A stretch of DNA of 64,000 bases, from the NCBI GenBank assembly GCA_050253415.1, contig JBFWJC010000006.1, positions 124,702 to 188,701 on the forward strand. Direction: 5' to 3'. The stretch is from Pedobacter sp. GTDB lineage: Bacteria; Desulfobacterota; Desulfuromonadia; Desulfuromonadales; Syntrophotaleaceae. Shown in pieces: positions 1 through 10,456 of the stretch. A model generated the notes under the pieces. The model saw only the letters and a program-made list of their open reading frames with translations. It had not been told where the DNA came from and did no database searches. Numbering within the stretch: the stretch's first letter is position 1; each line of letters begins with the position of its first letter. A program made the position numbers and the translations under genes.

Positions 1-2
1 CA

Positions 3-1127
3 ATTGAGGACACCTGGGACGAACGCAATGCCTGGAATACCCGTGAGGTCATCAGCAAATGCGTTTTCACCACCCACACTCCCGTACAGGCCGGGCATGA
101 CCAGTTTCCCTATGATCTGGTGGGCCGCACACTGGACCATGAAATCCCTCTTGATCTACTCAAGGAGTTGGGCGGCCCAGACCATCTGAACATGACCCTG
201 CTGGCCATGAACCTCAGTCAGTATGTCAATGGTGTTGCCAAGAAACATGGTGAGGTTTCCCAGGCTATGTTCCCCGGCTTTGAAATCCATGCCATCACCA
301 ACGGCATCCATCCCTTCACCTGGACCTCACCCTATTTCGTCAACCTGTTCAGTCGTTACCTGCCAAGCTGGGCCACAGAACCGGAGTTGCTGGTTCGGGT
401 CGACAGCATTCCGGACGAGGAAATATGGGAGACCCATTGCGGCGCCAAGGCGTACCTGTTTCAGTACATCGACGAAACCTGCGGCGTGCAGCTGGATCCG
501 GACATTCTGACTATCGGCTTCGCCCGGCGTGTTGCGACCTACAAGCGAGCGGATCTTATTTTCACCGACATTGAACGCTTGCTGCGCATCGGTGAAGGCA
601 AGCTGCAACTGGTGTTCGGCGGCAAAGCCCACCCACACGACATACCGGGAAAAGAATTGATCCACAACATCACCCAAACCATCAAACGTTATCAGGACCG
701 CATTCGCATGGTCTACCTGCCCAACTACAACATGGAAGTTGCCGCGCGCCTGATCCCCGGCGTCGATCTGTGGCTCAATAACCCCATGCGACCGTTGGAG
801 GCCTCGGGTACCAGCGGCATGAAAGCCGCCATCAATGGCGTGCCCAACTTCAGCGTACTGGACGGCTGGTGGATTGAAGGGCACATCGAAGGTGTAACAG
901 GATGGTCCATCGGGCCGCCATCGAGTGGTAATTCCATCAGCCAGAATCATACCGCCGAAGATGTCGACGATCTCTACCTCAAGCTCGAGCACACCATTAT
1001 CCCATTGTATTATCAGGATCGCCCGGGCTGGATTCGCGTCATGAAAAACGCCATCGGCAAAAACGCCTATTATTTCAATACCCATGTCATGATGCGCCGC
1101 TACGTTACCGAGGCTTACTGCCATTAG
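3..1127 (+). CDS. glgP: Alpha-glucan (glycogen) phosphorylase, 5'-truncated by the window edge
   Basis: Frame is open from position 3. Motifs FTTHTPVQAGHD, ITNGIH, GFARRVATYKR, GKAHPHD and the PLP site EASGTSGMKAAING. Confidence 0.95.
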   Translation: MEDTWDERNAWNTREVISKCVFTTHTPVQAGHDQFPYDLVGRTLDHEIPLDLLKELGGPDHLNMTLLAMNLSQYVNGVAKKHGEVSQAMFPGFEIHAITNGIHPFTWTSPYFVNLFSRYLPSWATEPELLVRVDSIPDEEIWETHCGAKAYLFQYIDETCGVQLDPDILTIGFARRVATYKRADLIFTDIERLLRIGEGKLQLVFGGKAHPHDIPGKELIHNITQTIKRYQDRIRMVYLPNYNMEVAARLIPGVDLWLNNPMRPLEASGTSGMKAAINGVPNFSVLDGWWIEGHIEGVTGWSIGPPSSGNSISQNHTAEDVDDLYLKLEHTIIPLYYQDRPGWIRVMKNAIGKNAYYFNTHVMMRRYVTEAYCH

Positions 1128-1142
1128 TCGCCTGCCAGACAC

Positions 1143-1182
1143 AAAAAACCCCGAACTGACTTAATCGGTTCGGGGTTTTTTT
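1143..1182. terminator. Bidirectional intrinsic terminator
   Basis: AAAAAACCCCGAAC...GTTCGGGGTTTTTT between convergent glgP and aroL. Confidence 0.85.
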
Positions 1183-1226
1183 ATGATCTTTGATCGGAAT
1201 GCAACGACTTCCGGCAACCAAAAATT

Positions 1227-1739
1227 CTAAAATTCCAGCAACCCAAGCGCCTGCTGCAACACCGCTCCAACGGGGGCAGAGGCATCCAGTACGTGGTGCG
1301 CGGCTTCCCGGTAAAGAGGCTCGCGGGCTGCCAGCACTTCGGTCACCTCTTCAATGATCGAGCGCCCTGTAAGCGTGGGCCGTTGATCGGCATTTGGATC
1401 GGCCTCAAGACGCGCAGCCATGACATCCGCAGGCACGCTCAGGTAAAGCACGGTACCGTTGGCACGCATGAAGGCGCGATTCGCCGCTGACAACACCATG
1501 CCGCCCCCCGTGGCAATGACTTTTCCAGGCGCGGTGACAGCTTTTAAAGCTTCACTTTCCCTAAGACGAAACCCACCCCAACCCTCCCTGGCAACCACGT
1601 CGGCAACGGTCATGTTCGTGCTCTCCTGCAAGTACAGATCCGTATCGACAAAATCATATTTTAGAGCTTCGGCCAATGCGCGGCCGATGGTGGTTTTCCC
1701 GGATGCGCGGGCGCCTATTAGAAAAATGGTACTGGACAT
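1227..1739 (-). CDS. aroL: Shikimate kinase II
   Basis: GARASGKTT Walker A, FVDTD, VIATGGG, RPTLTG. Closely resembles enterobacterial AroL. Start taken at MSSTIFL. Confidence 0.92.
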   Translation of the reverse strand: MSSTIFLIGARASGKTTIGRALAEALKYDFVDTDLYLQESTNMTVADVVAREGWGGFRLRESEALKAVTAPGKVIATGGGMVLSAANRAFMRANGTVLYLSVPADVMAARLEADPNADQRPTLTGRSIIEEVTEVLAAREPLYREAAHHVLDASAPVGAVLQQALGLLEF

Positions 1740-2091
1740 GTCAAATAAATCCTTTATGACTGACAACGAATTTTAAACGCAAAGCATATCGTGGCATCAT
1801 CCGTGAACTTTGGTGATTGGCGTGCTCCACTCCATGGCAAAATGTTTACCGGCCGATGAGTATAGGAGGTTTACCCCTGCCCTTCAACCTCCTTTTTCTT
1901 GCAAGCCTCTCCATGCAACAACACACAGGACAAGACCTATAAGTCACAAACAAGCAAACCACTATTTATCGATATTTTAGTAACTTATATTTACATACCT
2001 AAACAGATACATTACATATTAATTACATCGGACAGACTGCAAAAAGGCCACAAACCGATCGAACACATTGCAGCATCAAACGCATGCAACT

Positions 2092-4485
2092 TCACCTGAC
2101 TGAGTTCGCAGCCGCCTTGTTCCCGATATCCTGCATCTTCCGCTCCACTATCTTTGCTTCCCCAGTTTTGCCAAGTTTGGACAAAACCGCAAGCAACTTT
2201 TCATAAGTTTTAAGACGGCTATCCGGTTTGACATCGTCATCCTGTCCTTCCAATACGTCAACCTGACTGAAATACGCTTCGGCTGCTGCCCACTCGCTAC
2301 GGGCTTCAGCAATCAGCCCGAGTTCCCACAGGTCACCAATTAAATAAGAACTGTCTTTGCCATAAAGGTTCTCGTATATGTGCAACCGAGCCAAATAGTT
2401 TTGCGCCGCCTGCTCCAGATCGCCGGCCTGGCGGTGAATATCCGCAAGAATACCAGATGCATCGCCATACTCTTCACTCTCCGGTCCGAACAAGCTTTTC
2501 AATAACCCAAGCGCTTCGTGGCAACGTGCTTTAGCCTGATCAAAAGTGCCGGCGGACTTGAGGCCTTGCGCATCGGACAATAATGCATAGGCATATTCCT
2601 CACTCTGCTCACCGAACTCCGATCGTGCAAATCCCAAGGCCTTTTCAGCATATAGTCGAGAGCTTTCATAATCACCTTGCCCGGCAAAACTTTCTGAAAA
2701 GTCCTCCAATGCCTGCAAATACGCTCCGCGCCCTTCCTCACCGAGGCCTCGATAAAGCTCTAGGACCGCCTCGAACAAAGGTTTGGTTTCGGCAGTTCGG
2801 TTGAGACTGCCCAAGCTATAAATCATCCACTCCAGCGTATCGGAGCGACCCCAGGCGTCATCGGCAAGATCTTCCTGGACCTTGCGTGCCTGGATAAATG
2901 TCTCCAGAGCCTTTGCGTAATCTTCTCGATTAAAATAGACACGTCCCAAGTTTTTCAGGGAACGGACGACTTTGAGGTCCTTGTTTGCATAAAGCTGCTC
3001 ACCGGTTGCCAATGCCTGTAAGCCATATATTTCGGCATCTTCCCACTGACCCGAAGAGACCATGTATTCGGTGAGGTCATTAAGACTAATGTAGGTTTTG
3101 CTGGAATATCTGCCGAATTTATCGAGGGACAACTGCAGGGCCTGCTTAATAGAAACAAGCGCTCTTTGATCGTTTTGTTGGCGTCTCTGGGCATGATATG
3201 CCTTATGCAGCCTGGTCCATCGTTCGCTATCGGAAGGTGGCAGATAGTTAGCAATCACGGCAAAAAACCCACCGATCAACAGCCATGCAACCATCAACCT
3301 CAGCATCTTACGACCAGGCACCGAACGTTTTATTTGTTTGCCCTCGCAGACGCCAGCAATCCTTTCATCGGTGTCCAGATGGGCAAAGTTGTGCCTTTTG
3401 CAAAAATTTTCGTCCAGACCATTCATGGCCCTGACTTTTTCAAGGCCTGAGATCAGGTGCCCCCATAAATCCTCATCGGTGCTTTTCACAAACCTGTCCG
3501 CATACAGCTCTGCCTGCAAGCGTGTCTGTTTGTTTTTATACTGGGCAAAGAGCAACATCAGCCCAATAAGCACAATGCCGATCGTCGTGATGGCGAATAC
3601 TTGGGTGTGAATGCAAATAAAAAACAACCATACGCAGGCATCCATGCCATACGAATATCGACGGATTTTCGGTAGAAACGTCGGATCCTGCAGGTGTCCC
3701 AATTCATGGGTCAGCACTGCCTGCAGTTCGCCAGCCTCCAGACCTCGGATCAGATCCGCCCCGACCACAATCTTCTTTTGGGAATAGAGCGCAACAGCGT
3801 TCAGAAGGCCGGGCTTGGCGATTTCAATGGTACAGTCATTCCGTTGCCGGATCGGCGCGCTGGCTGTCACAAATTTCCTGCGGCAGTCCTCCGACAGCTG
3901 GCTTTGATCCATGGAAAGACCGAAGATCCCCACAAGTTTCGGCCATATCAAAAACAGCAGCGTTAGATAGACCAGCAGCATCATGACCAGCATCCCCACA
4001 TAGACCACGCCACGGGAATGATCGAAAATCGGCACATTAAAGAGGATGATCGGTAGCAGAAAATGCCCGGAGGAAAACCAGCTCAGCCATAAATTGGCCC
4101 GCAAATAGGAGAAAAATGGCGGCGCCTTTGATTCACTCTTTATGAACAGCCATGCCCCCGAAAGCGCGATGGCCATTGCGGTGCCGATTGCCACAATACC
4201 GATAAACAGATAAACCGGAGCAAAAGGAATAGCTTGGAAGTATTCGTTGAGATTGAAAATACCGAAGAAAAACCCACCCCATACAAGGATGGCGAACAGC
4301 CGTAAAAGGCTGTATTTTCTGGATGGCAGCCAGGTCTTGACCGCCCACCACAGAGGCAGATACAGAACAGGCATCCCAAAAAGGAACAACCCGAGAAAGG
4401 CGCATTTTGCTCCGCTGCCGGAAACATACCAGGAAAAGCGAGGCAAAAATTCCAATCCATAAGCCGAAAGTGCGGTCCAGGTCAT
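2092..4485 (-). CDS. Membrane M48 zinc metalloprotease fused to C-terminal TPR repeats
   Basis: Several N-terminal TM helices, LNAVA, VLTHELGH, AELYAD, then kinesin-light-chain-like TPR repeats. RBS AAGGA before ATG 4485. Confidence 0.8.
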   Translation of the reverse strand: MTWTALSAYGLEFLPRFSWYVSGSGAKCAFLGLFLFGMPVLYLPLWWAVKTWLPSRKYSLLRLFAILVWGGFFFGIFNLNEYFQAIPFAPVYLFIGIVAIGTAMAIALSGAWLFIKSESKAPPFFSYLRANLWLSWFSSGHFLLPIILFNVPIFDHSRGVVYVGMLVMMLLVYLTLLFLIWPKLVGIFGLSMDQSQLSEDCRRKFVTASAPIRQRNDCTIEIAKPGLLNAVALYSQKKIVVGADLIRGLEAGELQAVLTHELGHLQDPTFLPKIRRYSYGMDACVWLFFICIHTQVFAITTIGIVLIGLMLLFAQYKNKQTRLQAELYADRFVKSTDEDLWGHLISGLEKVRAMNGLDENFCKRHNFAHLDTDERIAGVCEGKQIKRSVPGRKMLRLMVAWLLIGGFFAVIANYLPPSDSERWTRLHKAYHAQRRQQNDQRALVSIKQALQLSLDKFGRYSSKTYISLNDLTEYMVSSGQWEDAEIYGLQALATGEQLYANKDLKVVRSLKNLGRVYFNREDYAKALETFIQARKVQEDLADDAWGRSDTLEWMIYSLGSLNRTAETKPLFEAVLELYRGLGEEGRGAYLQALEDFSESFAGQGDYESSRLYAEKALGFARSEFGEQSEEYAYALLSDAQGLKSAGTFDQAKARCHEALGLLKSLFGPESEEYGDASGILADIHRQAGDLEQAAQNYLARLHIYENLYGKDSSYLIGDLWELGLIAEARSEWAAAEAYFSQVDVLEGQDDDVKPDSRLKTYEKLLAVLSKLGKTGEAKIVERKMQDIGNKAAANSVR

Positions 4486-4655
4486 GAGATATCCTTTTTG
4501 GAAACTGGCATTCCGACAACCGGATATTGTCGAAACATCCCAGTTATACTCCAAAAAAGCTCTCACTATTGGATTTTTTTAGTGAGTGCGGAAAATTATT
4601 TAGGAATTCGTCAAACCATAAACCGTCCCTCCTGCGACCTGAAGGCGCTGTCACT

Positions 4656-5894
4656 CTAAGGCCAGAGCCAAAGCAACACCATGCCGCCGAGCAGGGAACC
4701 GCCGAATAGCACCGCGATTCGCCTTAGCAGTCGCGGGTTTCCCAGGGTTGCGACCACTCCTGCTTTGAACAGGATATTGGACAAAGCCCCGATCATCATC
4801 ATGCGCCAGCCGGTCTCGACATCCAGGCGATCGGCAGTGATCAATTGTGCAGTGGATAGCGTAATAGCGTCCATGTCGGTTAATCCAGAAAGGGCCGCCA
4901 CCAGATACAGGCCACCATCACCGAAGTGCTGTTTGGCGGCCGCTACTGCCAGCAATACCAGCGCATACAGACCACCAAAAATCACGGCAGCGGCAAGGTT
5001 GGAAGGATCTTTCGGTTCCGGGCCAGCTTCCTGTTTCTGCCTCGTGAGCTTGAAAGCCATGGCAGCGATAAGAGCCATCCATAGCCCCATGACTCCAAAC
5101 TGCGGGCACACCTGCCAGAAGATACCCGGCGCAACCACGACCACCTCAAATGCAACCCGCACAAACACAATCGTTGATGCGACCATGATAACCAGGGCTG
5201 CCAAGGTCGATGAGTCTGGAGCGGTTTTTGACTGGCGGGCATAACTGACAGTCGTCGCTGTACTCGAAATCAGGCCTCCCAGAATGCCGCTCACAACCGA
5301 TCCGGCCCTGGTGCCTATATAGCGGGAGGTCAGATAGCTGGCAATGCTTATCCCGACGATCAGAACCACCATCAGCCAGATCCGAAAGGGATTTAAAACC
5401 GCATACGGCCCGAAGGACCGATCCGGCAACAACGGCAGCACGACCAAGGCAATGAGTACCATGCGAAACACGGCCTGGATATCGCTGTCACCAATGCGTT
5501 TAACAAAGTGATGCAACGGTTTTTTCCAGTGCAGCAGCAGCGCCACCCCGCCACCGATGGCTGCAGCTTCCGCAATCATCCCCCCCTGTAACAGGGCCCC
5601 GACCGCAAACATGACCAGCGCCGCCATCTCGGTCGTCGGCCCGGGATGAGCCTCCTTGGACCGATCCCGGCGCAGATTGGATACCACCATCAGACCGCCC
5701 AGGGCCACCAGGCCTCCAGCCAGAACCAGGCCGCCGAATCGCGCCGCAAGATGTGCACACGCGGTACCCAGTACGGTGATCAAGGCAAAGGTTCGGATGC
5801 CGGCCGCTTCCGGTTCGGCCCATTCACGTTGCAGCCCCACTAAAAGCCCCAGTCCGAGGGCTATGCCGAATTGTTGCCAGATCTGCAAATCCAT
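4656..5894 (-). CDS. MgtC/SapB family membrane protein with DUF4010-type domain
   Basis: GLLVGLQRE, AGIRTF, GGLISSTATT, SGLTDMDAI; multi-TM. Confidence 0.88.
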   Translation of the reverse strand: MDLQIWQQFGIALGLGLLVGLQREWAEPEAAGIRTFALITVLGTACAHLAARFGGLVLAGGLVALGGLMVVSNLRRDRSKEAHPGPTTEMAALVMFAVGALLQGGMIAEAAAIGGGVALLLHWKKPLHHFVKRIGDSDIQAVFRMVLIALVVLPLLPDRSFGPYAVLNPFRIWLMVVLIVGISIASYLTSRYIGTRAGSVVSGILGGLISSTATTVSYARQSKTAPDSSTLAALVIMVASTIVFVRVAFEVVVVAPGIFWQVCPQFGVMGLWMALIAAMAFKLTRQKQEAGPEPKDPSNLAAAVIFGGLYALVLLAVAAAKQHFGDGGLYLVAALSGLTDMDAITLSTAQLITADRLDVETGWRMMMIGALSNILFKAGVVATLGNPRLLRRIAVLFGGSLLGGMVLLWLWP

Positions 5895-6212
5895 TGGGAC
5901 TCCATCAACATGCGCAAGAGTTAAAAAATCCCCTATGCTACAATTCTAACGGCGGATAGCGTATTTCATAGCTTTGGTTACCATGTTTAGAACCGGAAGC
6001 GCGTGATTCACGACAAGTGATGAGCAATTGCTGAAAATAGCCACTTAAATCGAATCTGTATTGGCATATACTGGTAATCGGTACGCCAATTCAATCAACA
6101 CGAGATTATCCTTTAAATACATGGCAACCTTATAATATCCTTATAAATAAATTATCAACGCATAGCTAACGGGTTATTCTCCGAATACCAAAGTTTTAAT
6201 GGAAGGGATTCT

Positions 6213-7634
6213 ATGGCCAGAAAAGTCGACGTGATCGTCATCGGCGCAGGAAGCGCAGGGCTCGCCGCCGTGCGCCAGATAGAAAAGACTACGGACAACT
6301 ACCTGCTCATCGACCACGGCCCCCTCGGTACCACCTGCGCCAGGGTGGGATGCATGCCGTCAAAGGCGTTCATCAAGGTGGCCAAAGACTTTCATGGCGC
6401 CACCAAACTGGCCAAAGCCGGACTGGCGGGCAACGCCCTACCTGCCTGCGATATACCCGCCGTACTCGACCATGTGCGCCGCTTACGCGACCGTTTCTCC
6501 TCAGGCATGATCGAGGCTACCCGCAAACTTGCTGGAGACCATTTAATAGAGGGATCTGCACGCCTGCTCAGTCCGAATCTTGTACTGGTCAACGACGAGG
6601 AAATCGCATGTTCAAGCATTATCCTGGCGACGGGATCAAGACCCACCATACCTGAGGCCTGGCGAGGTTTTACCGATCGGATTCTGACAACCGACACCTT
6701 TTTCGAGCAACAGGATCTGCCCCGCCGTATCGCAATAGTCGGTCTCGGTATAATCGGGTTGGAGCTTGGTCAGGCCTTGTCCAGACTGGGTGTCGAAGTG
6801 ACGGGATTCGGCCGCAATCCCCATATCTGCGGTATCCGCGATCCTGAAATCAACCAAGTTGCTCTGGAAACATTGGGTCGGGAGTTCCCCCTCTACGTGG
6901 GCGATGAAGCAAAAATGACTCCCGGAAAAGCATCCATCCGCATCCGCAACGGCTTCCACGAAATCGAGGTAGATGCCGTCATCGCCGCCCTCGGCGTAAC
7001 CCCTAACATGGACAAGCTGGGACTTGAAAATCTCGGCGTCGCTCTGGACGCACGGGGTCTGCCGCCCTACAATCCCTACACCACGCAGATCGGAGACTTG
7101 CCGGTTTTCATTGCGGGCGATGCCAACGGCTGCCTGCCGATTCTGCATGAAGCGCAGGATGAAGGATTTATAGCCGGAAGAAATACTACGGGAACCAAAG
7201 TACAGAAATACCGGCGCCGCACCGGTCTTAAAATCGTCTTTACCGATCCGCAGGTTGCCGCCGTAGGCCGAACCCTGGATAAACTCGAAGACGCCGACAT
7301 TATCGTTGCACGCTCCGATTATTCCGAGCAATCTCGCGCAATCGCCGAAGGACGCAATTCAGGTCTTTTGCACCTCTACGTGGACAAGACCGATGCCCGC
7401 ATCCTCGGCGGCGAGATGATCGCCCCCGAAGCCGAACACCTTGCTCAGCTGGTAGCCCTGGCTATCCACCGAGAAATGACGGTGCACGACATGCTGACCA
7501 TGCCCTTTTATCACCCTACCGTTGAAGAAGGATTACGCACCGCATTGCGGGATGCCGCGCAGCAACTGGCTCATATCCATACGATGGAAGAGCTGACCCT
7601 GTGCGAAAGTTGCCCCGAACTGCCACTGTGCTGA
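6213..7634 (+). CDS. Dihydrolipoyl dehydrogenase-like pyridine nucleotide-disulfide oxidoreductase
   Basis: GAGSAG FAD site, GTTCARVGCMPSK redox disulfide, GLGIIG NAD site, HPTVEE. Confidence 0.9.
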   Translation: MARKVDVIVIGAGSAGLAAVRQIEKTTDNYLLIDHGPLGTTCARVGCMPSKAFIKVAKDFHGATKLAKAGLAGNALPACDIPAVLDHVRRLRDRFSSGMIEATRKLAGDHLIEGSARLLSPNLVLVNDEEIACSSIILATGSRPTIPEAWRGFTDRILTTDTFFEQQDLPRRIAIVGLGIIGLELGQALSRLGVEVTGFGRNPHICGIRDPEINQVALETLGREFPLYVGDEAKMTPGKASIRIRNGFHEIEVDAVIAALGVTPNMDKLGLENLGVALDARGLPPYNPYTTQIGDLPVFIAGDANGCLPILHEAQDEGFIAGRNTTGTKVQKYRRRTGLKIVFTDPQVAAVGRTLDKLEDADIIVARSDYSEQSRAIAEGRNSGLLHLYVDKTDARILGGEMIAPEAEHLAQLVALAIHREMTVHDMLTMPFYHPTVEEGLRTALRDAAQQLAHIHTMEELTLCESCPELPLC

Positions 7635-7695
7635 CTTTTCAGGGAATATACAAATTGAGCTTACCGGGATGATCAGGACATTATAAAAGTCGGAC

Positions 7696-7724
7696 TTGTG
7701 GGTGTGACTGTTTGGAGGTATAAT
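7696..7724 (+). promoter_or_regulatory. Putative sigma70 promoter
   Basis: TTGTGG-17 nt-TATAAT upstream of the AGGAG RBS and ATG 7778. Confidence 0.5.
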
Positions 7725-7777
7725 GCTTACCAACTTGGTAATATTTTTATTAAACCATCAAATACAGGAGAGCCCCT

Positions 7778-8005
7778 ATGTTCTCTAACTATAAATGCGG
7801 TAAATGCGGAGTCGTCACGGACAACAAAAACCACTTATGCAAACCCGAACCGGTGGAAAATAAATCTGAATTTTGCGGATCCGGACCGGACCGCGACAGC
7901 CAGATCTGCGAATCGATGGCCCAGCATCTGAGTTTCCAATGCTCTACCTGCGGGCGCCCGGCGGACAAACCGGAACTGGTCTGCAAGCCGGTTTCCATTC
8001 GCTAA
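7778..8005 (+). CDS. Small Cys-rich putative metal-binding protein
   Basis: AGGAG RBS; two CxxCG...CKP units, 8 Cys. Confidence 0.75.
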   Translation: MFSNYKCGKCGVVTDNKNHLCKPEPVENKSEFCGSGPDRDSQICESMAQHLSFQCSTCGRPADKPELVCKPVSIR

Positions 8006-8012
8006 GAAACAT

Positions 8013-8053
8013 AAAAAAGCGGCCGTCCGGTTGGATGCCCCGGACGGCCCTTT
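8013..8053. terminator. Intrinsic terminator between convergent genes
   Basis: GGCCGTCCGG/CCGGACGGCC stem with flanking A and T runs. Confidence 0.7.
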
Positions 8054-8064
8054 GCATATCGAAA

Positions 8065-8706
8065 CTAACAGGCAAAATCATAAGGATGATGAGGATTACA
8101 GGACGGCCAGCACCACACCGAGCGCCCCTGTGACCATTTCCATGCCGCCAAAGCACAGGCACAAGCGGCAACATAATGATCGGAAGGATCCTGTCGCGCT
8201 ATCCCTTTTAAGCCCTCCTCAACCAACCACTCAAGCAACACCTGTCGTGAGTCTTTCTCGGTTTTAAAAGCCTTAACAGCCTCCAAAGAGGCGCCACCAA
8301 GCGCCATAGCACCGCCGGGATGCACCTCTACCACTCTGACCAGCACACTACCAACTTCGGCGATTATCCGGGCAACCCCCATGCCCCTCAGGGTCAGGTA
8401 CGCCATTTTGGTCATGGTTGGCGTCATGACGCTGCCAGGATGCAAGCCCGCTTTTACAACCATCTGGCGCAGATCCTTATCCGAGGGGCGGTCGCCACCT
8501 CCCGGATTGTAGGATAGCGGCGCATCCAAGCCAATGGAAACGGCTTCGGATGAAGCCAGCGTTGTAAGAATCGCGACGATATCCTCATCTGTGGCGCCGG
8601 ACACGCAATCGACCAGATGCAGAGCCCCACCCTGTTCCTCAAATACCACGCAGTCCGTGTCGGCCGTGTTACTCGGACCCGACAGATCAATACCGATAAT
8701 TTTCAT
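8065..8706 (-). CDS. DUF429 family (RNase H-like fold) protein
   Basis: IGIDLS, IGLDAPL, VEVHP motifs. Confidence 0.8.
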   Translation of the reverse strand: MKIIGIDLSGPSNTADTDCVVFEEQGGALHLVDCVSGATDEDIVAILTTLASSEAVSIGLDAPLSYNPGGGDRPSDKDLRQMVVKAGLHPGSVMTPTMTKMAYLTLRGMGVARIIAEVGSVLVRVVEVHPGGAMALGGASLEAVKAFKTEKDSRQVLLEWLVEEGLKGIARQDPSDHYVAACACALAAWKWSQGRSVWCWPSCNPHHPYDFAC

Positions 8707-8733
8707 AGAACCCGACAGGAAGAGAGAGGGCAT

Positions 8734-9546
8734 TTAGCCGATATGCGCAGCCAGCCAATGGTGCATGGTGGTAAAGAATACTTCCCTTGCATGCCGCTCG
8801 ATGGAGGGCTTATGCCCGCAATTTTCAAACTCCCGATATTCCAACTGGGGAATGTACGGCATCAAGCTGTCCCGGATCATTTTCCCGGGATGGGGGTCGT
8901 AATCTCCGTGAAGCATTAAAACGGGGGAATGAATATTTGAGAAAGTTTCAGGATATAATCTCGCCTCCTGACAGCGAAGCATGTCCTGCCAGGTTTCGGC
9001 AAAAGCCTGTCTGTCAAAGGGAGGGTTTTCGGGATTAGGCGGAACCGGCAACAGGTCGTAATTATCCGTCATCTCATGCCATTTCATGATCCGCTCCCCA
9101 AAACTGAGATCCAGATCCCCCGCGTATTCCGGATGTTCGGTTATATAATCGGTAATCCGCTGTTCACGGATACGAACACTGCAGGCCCGCGATGACCTGT
9201 CAAAGGTTCCGCAGCCGACAAGAACGATCGGACCCGTTTTATCAGGATGCTTGGCCGCATACGCAAGGGCCAGCATAGCGCCCCAAGATTCACCGACCAG
9301 CGCAGGCGGGTGTTCGTCGCCAACCCGACGCACCAGTTCGTGCAGATCAGCCACATGTCGCGCCACGCTCAGCGGTTCATCACCACCCGACCCGCGTTGC
9401 CAAGGCTCAATAACCCGGAAACCGTCCGCCAACCCCCTGGCCAGTTCCTCCGCACTGCCGGCGGCGGCAGGCCCACCATGCAGCACGATCACCATCGGGC
9501 CTGCGCTGCCATATCGGCGGATTTTGAGATTACCCAGGATTTCCAT
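8734..9546 (-). CDS. Alpha/beta hydrolase
   Basis: LHGGP, GESWG nucleophile elbow, HGDYD, CGH. Confidence 0.88.
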   Translation of the reverse strand: MEILGNLKIRRYGSAGPMVIVLHGGPAAAGSAEELARGLADGFRVIEPWQRGSGGDEPLSVARHVADLHELVRRVGDEHPPALVGESWGAMLALAYAAKHPDKTGPIVLVGCGTFDRSSRACSVRIREQRITDYITEHPEYAGDLDLSFGERIMKWHEMTDNYDLLPVPPNPENPPFDRQAFAETWQDMLRCQEARLYPETFSNIHSPVLMLHGDYDPHPGKMIRDSLMPYIPQLEYREFENCGHKPSIERHAREVFFTTMHHWLAAHIG

Positions 9547-9678
9547 AATTCACCGAGGCGGTTCGTTCATCCCTTGTCCTGCCATACTCCCGCGATACAA
9601 TTACAGAACCAAACACTTACAACGAGGCGAGATACAAATCGCCCCGCCAGTTGGTTATAAAGGAGACACCACAAAAAT

Positions 9679-10317
9679 ATGCAACAAAACAGACCGAATT
9701 TTTCAGCAGCATATTCACCATTTCGCCAACAGTCGCTGAGCCGTTTGGTCTTGCCTCTGCTTCTGGCGGTCCTGCTGCTGATACCATTCTCAGGCAACGG
9801 AGAAATGATCCGCTACCTCGATGAACACGGCACCCCCGTATTCGTCGACGACAGAGATCTATCGCCGGCCGAGCGCCAGGAACTGCGACAAAAAGCGCAC
9901 GCCGCCGAGCAGACCCGGCGGCGTCCCAAAACCACCCCGGTGGAGGTGCATGGCAACATGGTGCTGGTGCCGGTGGAAATCAGCGACGGCTACAATGAGA
10001 TCACCGTCCAATTACTGCTGGACACCGGTGCTTCGCAGACCGTCTTCCATCGCCGTACCATGGAATCCCTGCGCACCAGACCGTTAGCAAAGGGCTGGTC
10101 ACGCCTGGCGAGCGGAGAGATGATCGCCACGGAACAGGTCCGCATCAAATCCCTCAAAGTCGGACCATACACTTTGCAAAATCCCAAGGTGTACGTTATT
10201 GATGTCCAAGATGAGGAAACCCCCTTCGATGGCCTGCTCGGCATGGATTTCCTCAGGGCCCATCACTACCGTATCGACTTTGGCCAGCAGGTTATTCAAT
10301 GGCAGGATGGAGATTGA
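9679..10317 (+). CDS. Exported retropepsin-like aspartic protease
   Basis: Hydrophobic leader, YLDEHG (DUF4124-like), LLDTGAS, GLLGMDFL. Confidence 0.85.
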   Translation: MQQNRPNFSAAYSPFRQQSLSRLVLPLLLAVLLLIPFSGNGEMIRYLDEHGTPVFVDDRDLSPAERQELRQKAHAAEQTRRRPKTTPVEVHGNMVLVPVEISDGYNEITVQLLLDTGASQTVFHRRTMESLRTRPLAKGWSRLASGEMIATEQVRIKSLKVGPYTLQNPKVYVIDVQDEETPFDGLLGMDFLRAHHYRIDFGQQVIQWQDGD

Positions 10318-10348
10318 GCCATGATTTAAACCTTTTAAAACCTTTATC

Positions 10349-10434
10349 ATCCACAGATTTCACGGATTTTCGCAGATTAAACCCAATAATCATGGTTTAA
10401 AAAAAATCTGTGTTCATCTGCGTAATCTGCGGAT
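10349..10434. repeat. Intergenic palindromic repeat of ~9-nt periodic units; partial copy at 11343-11384
   Basis: ATCCACAGATTTCACGGATTTTCGCAGATT...AATCTGTGTTCATCTGCGTAATCTGCGGAT. Confidence 0.7.
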
Positions 10435-10456
10435 AGCATGCCTTTATGTAGTGACC

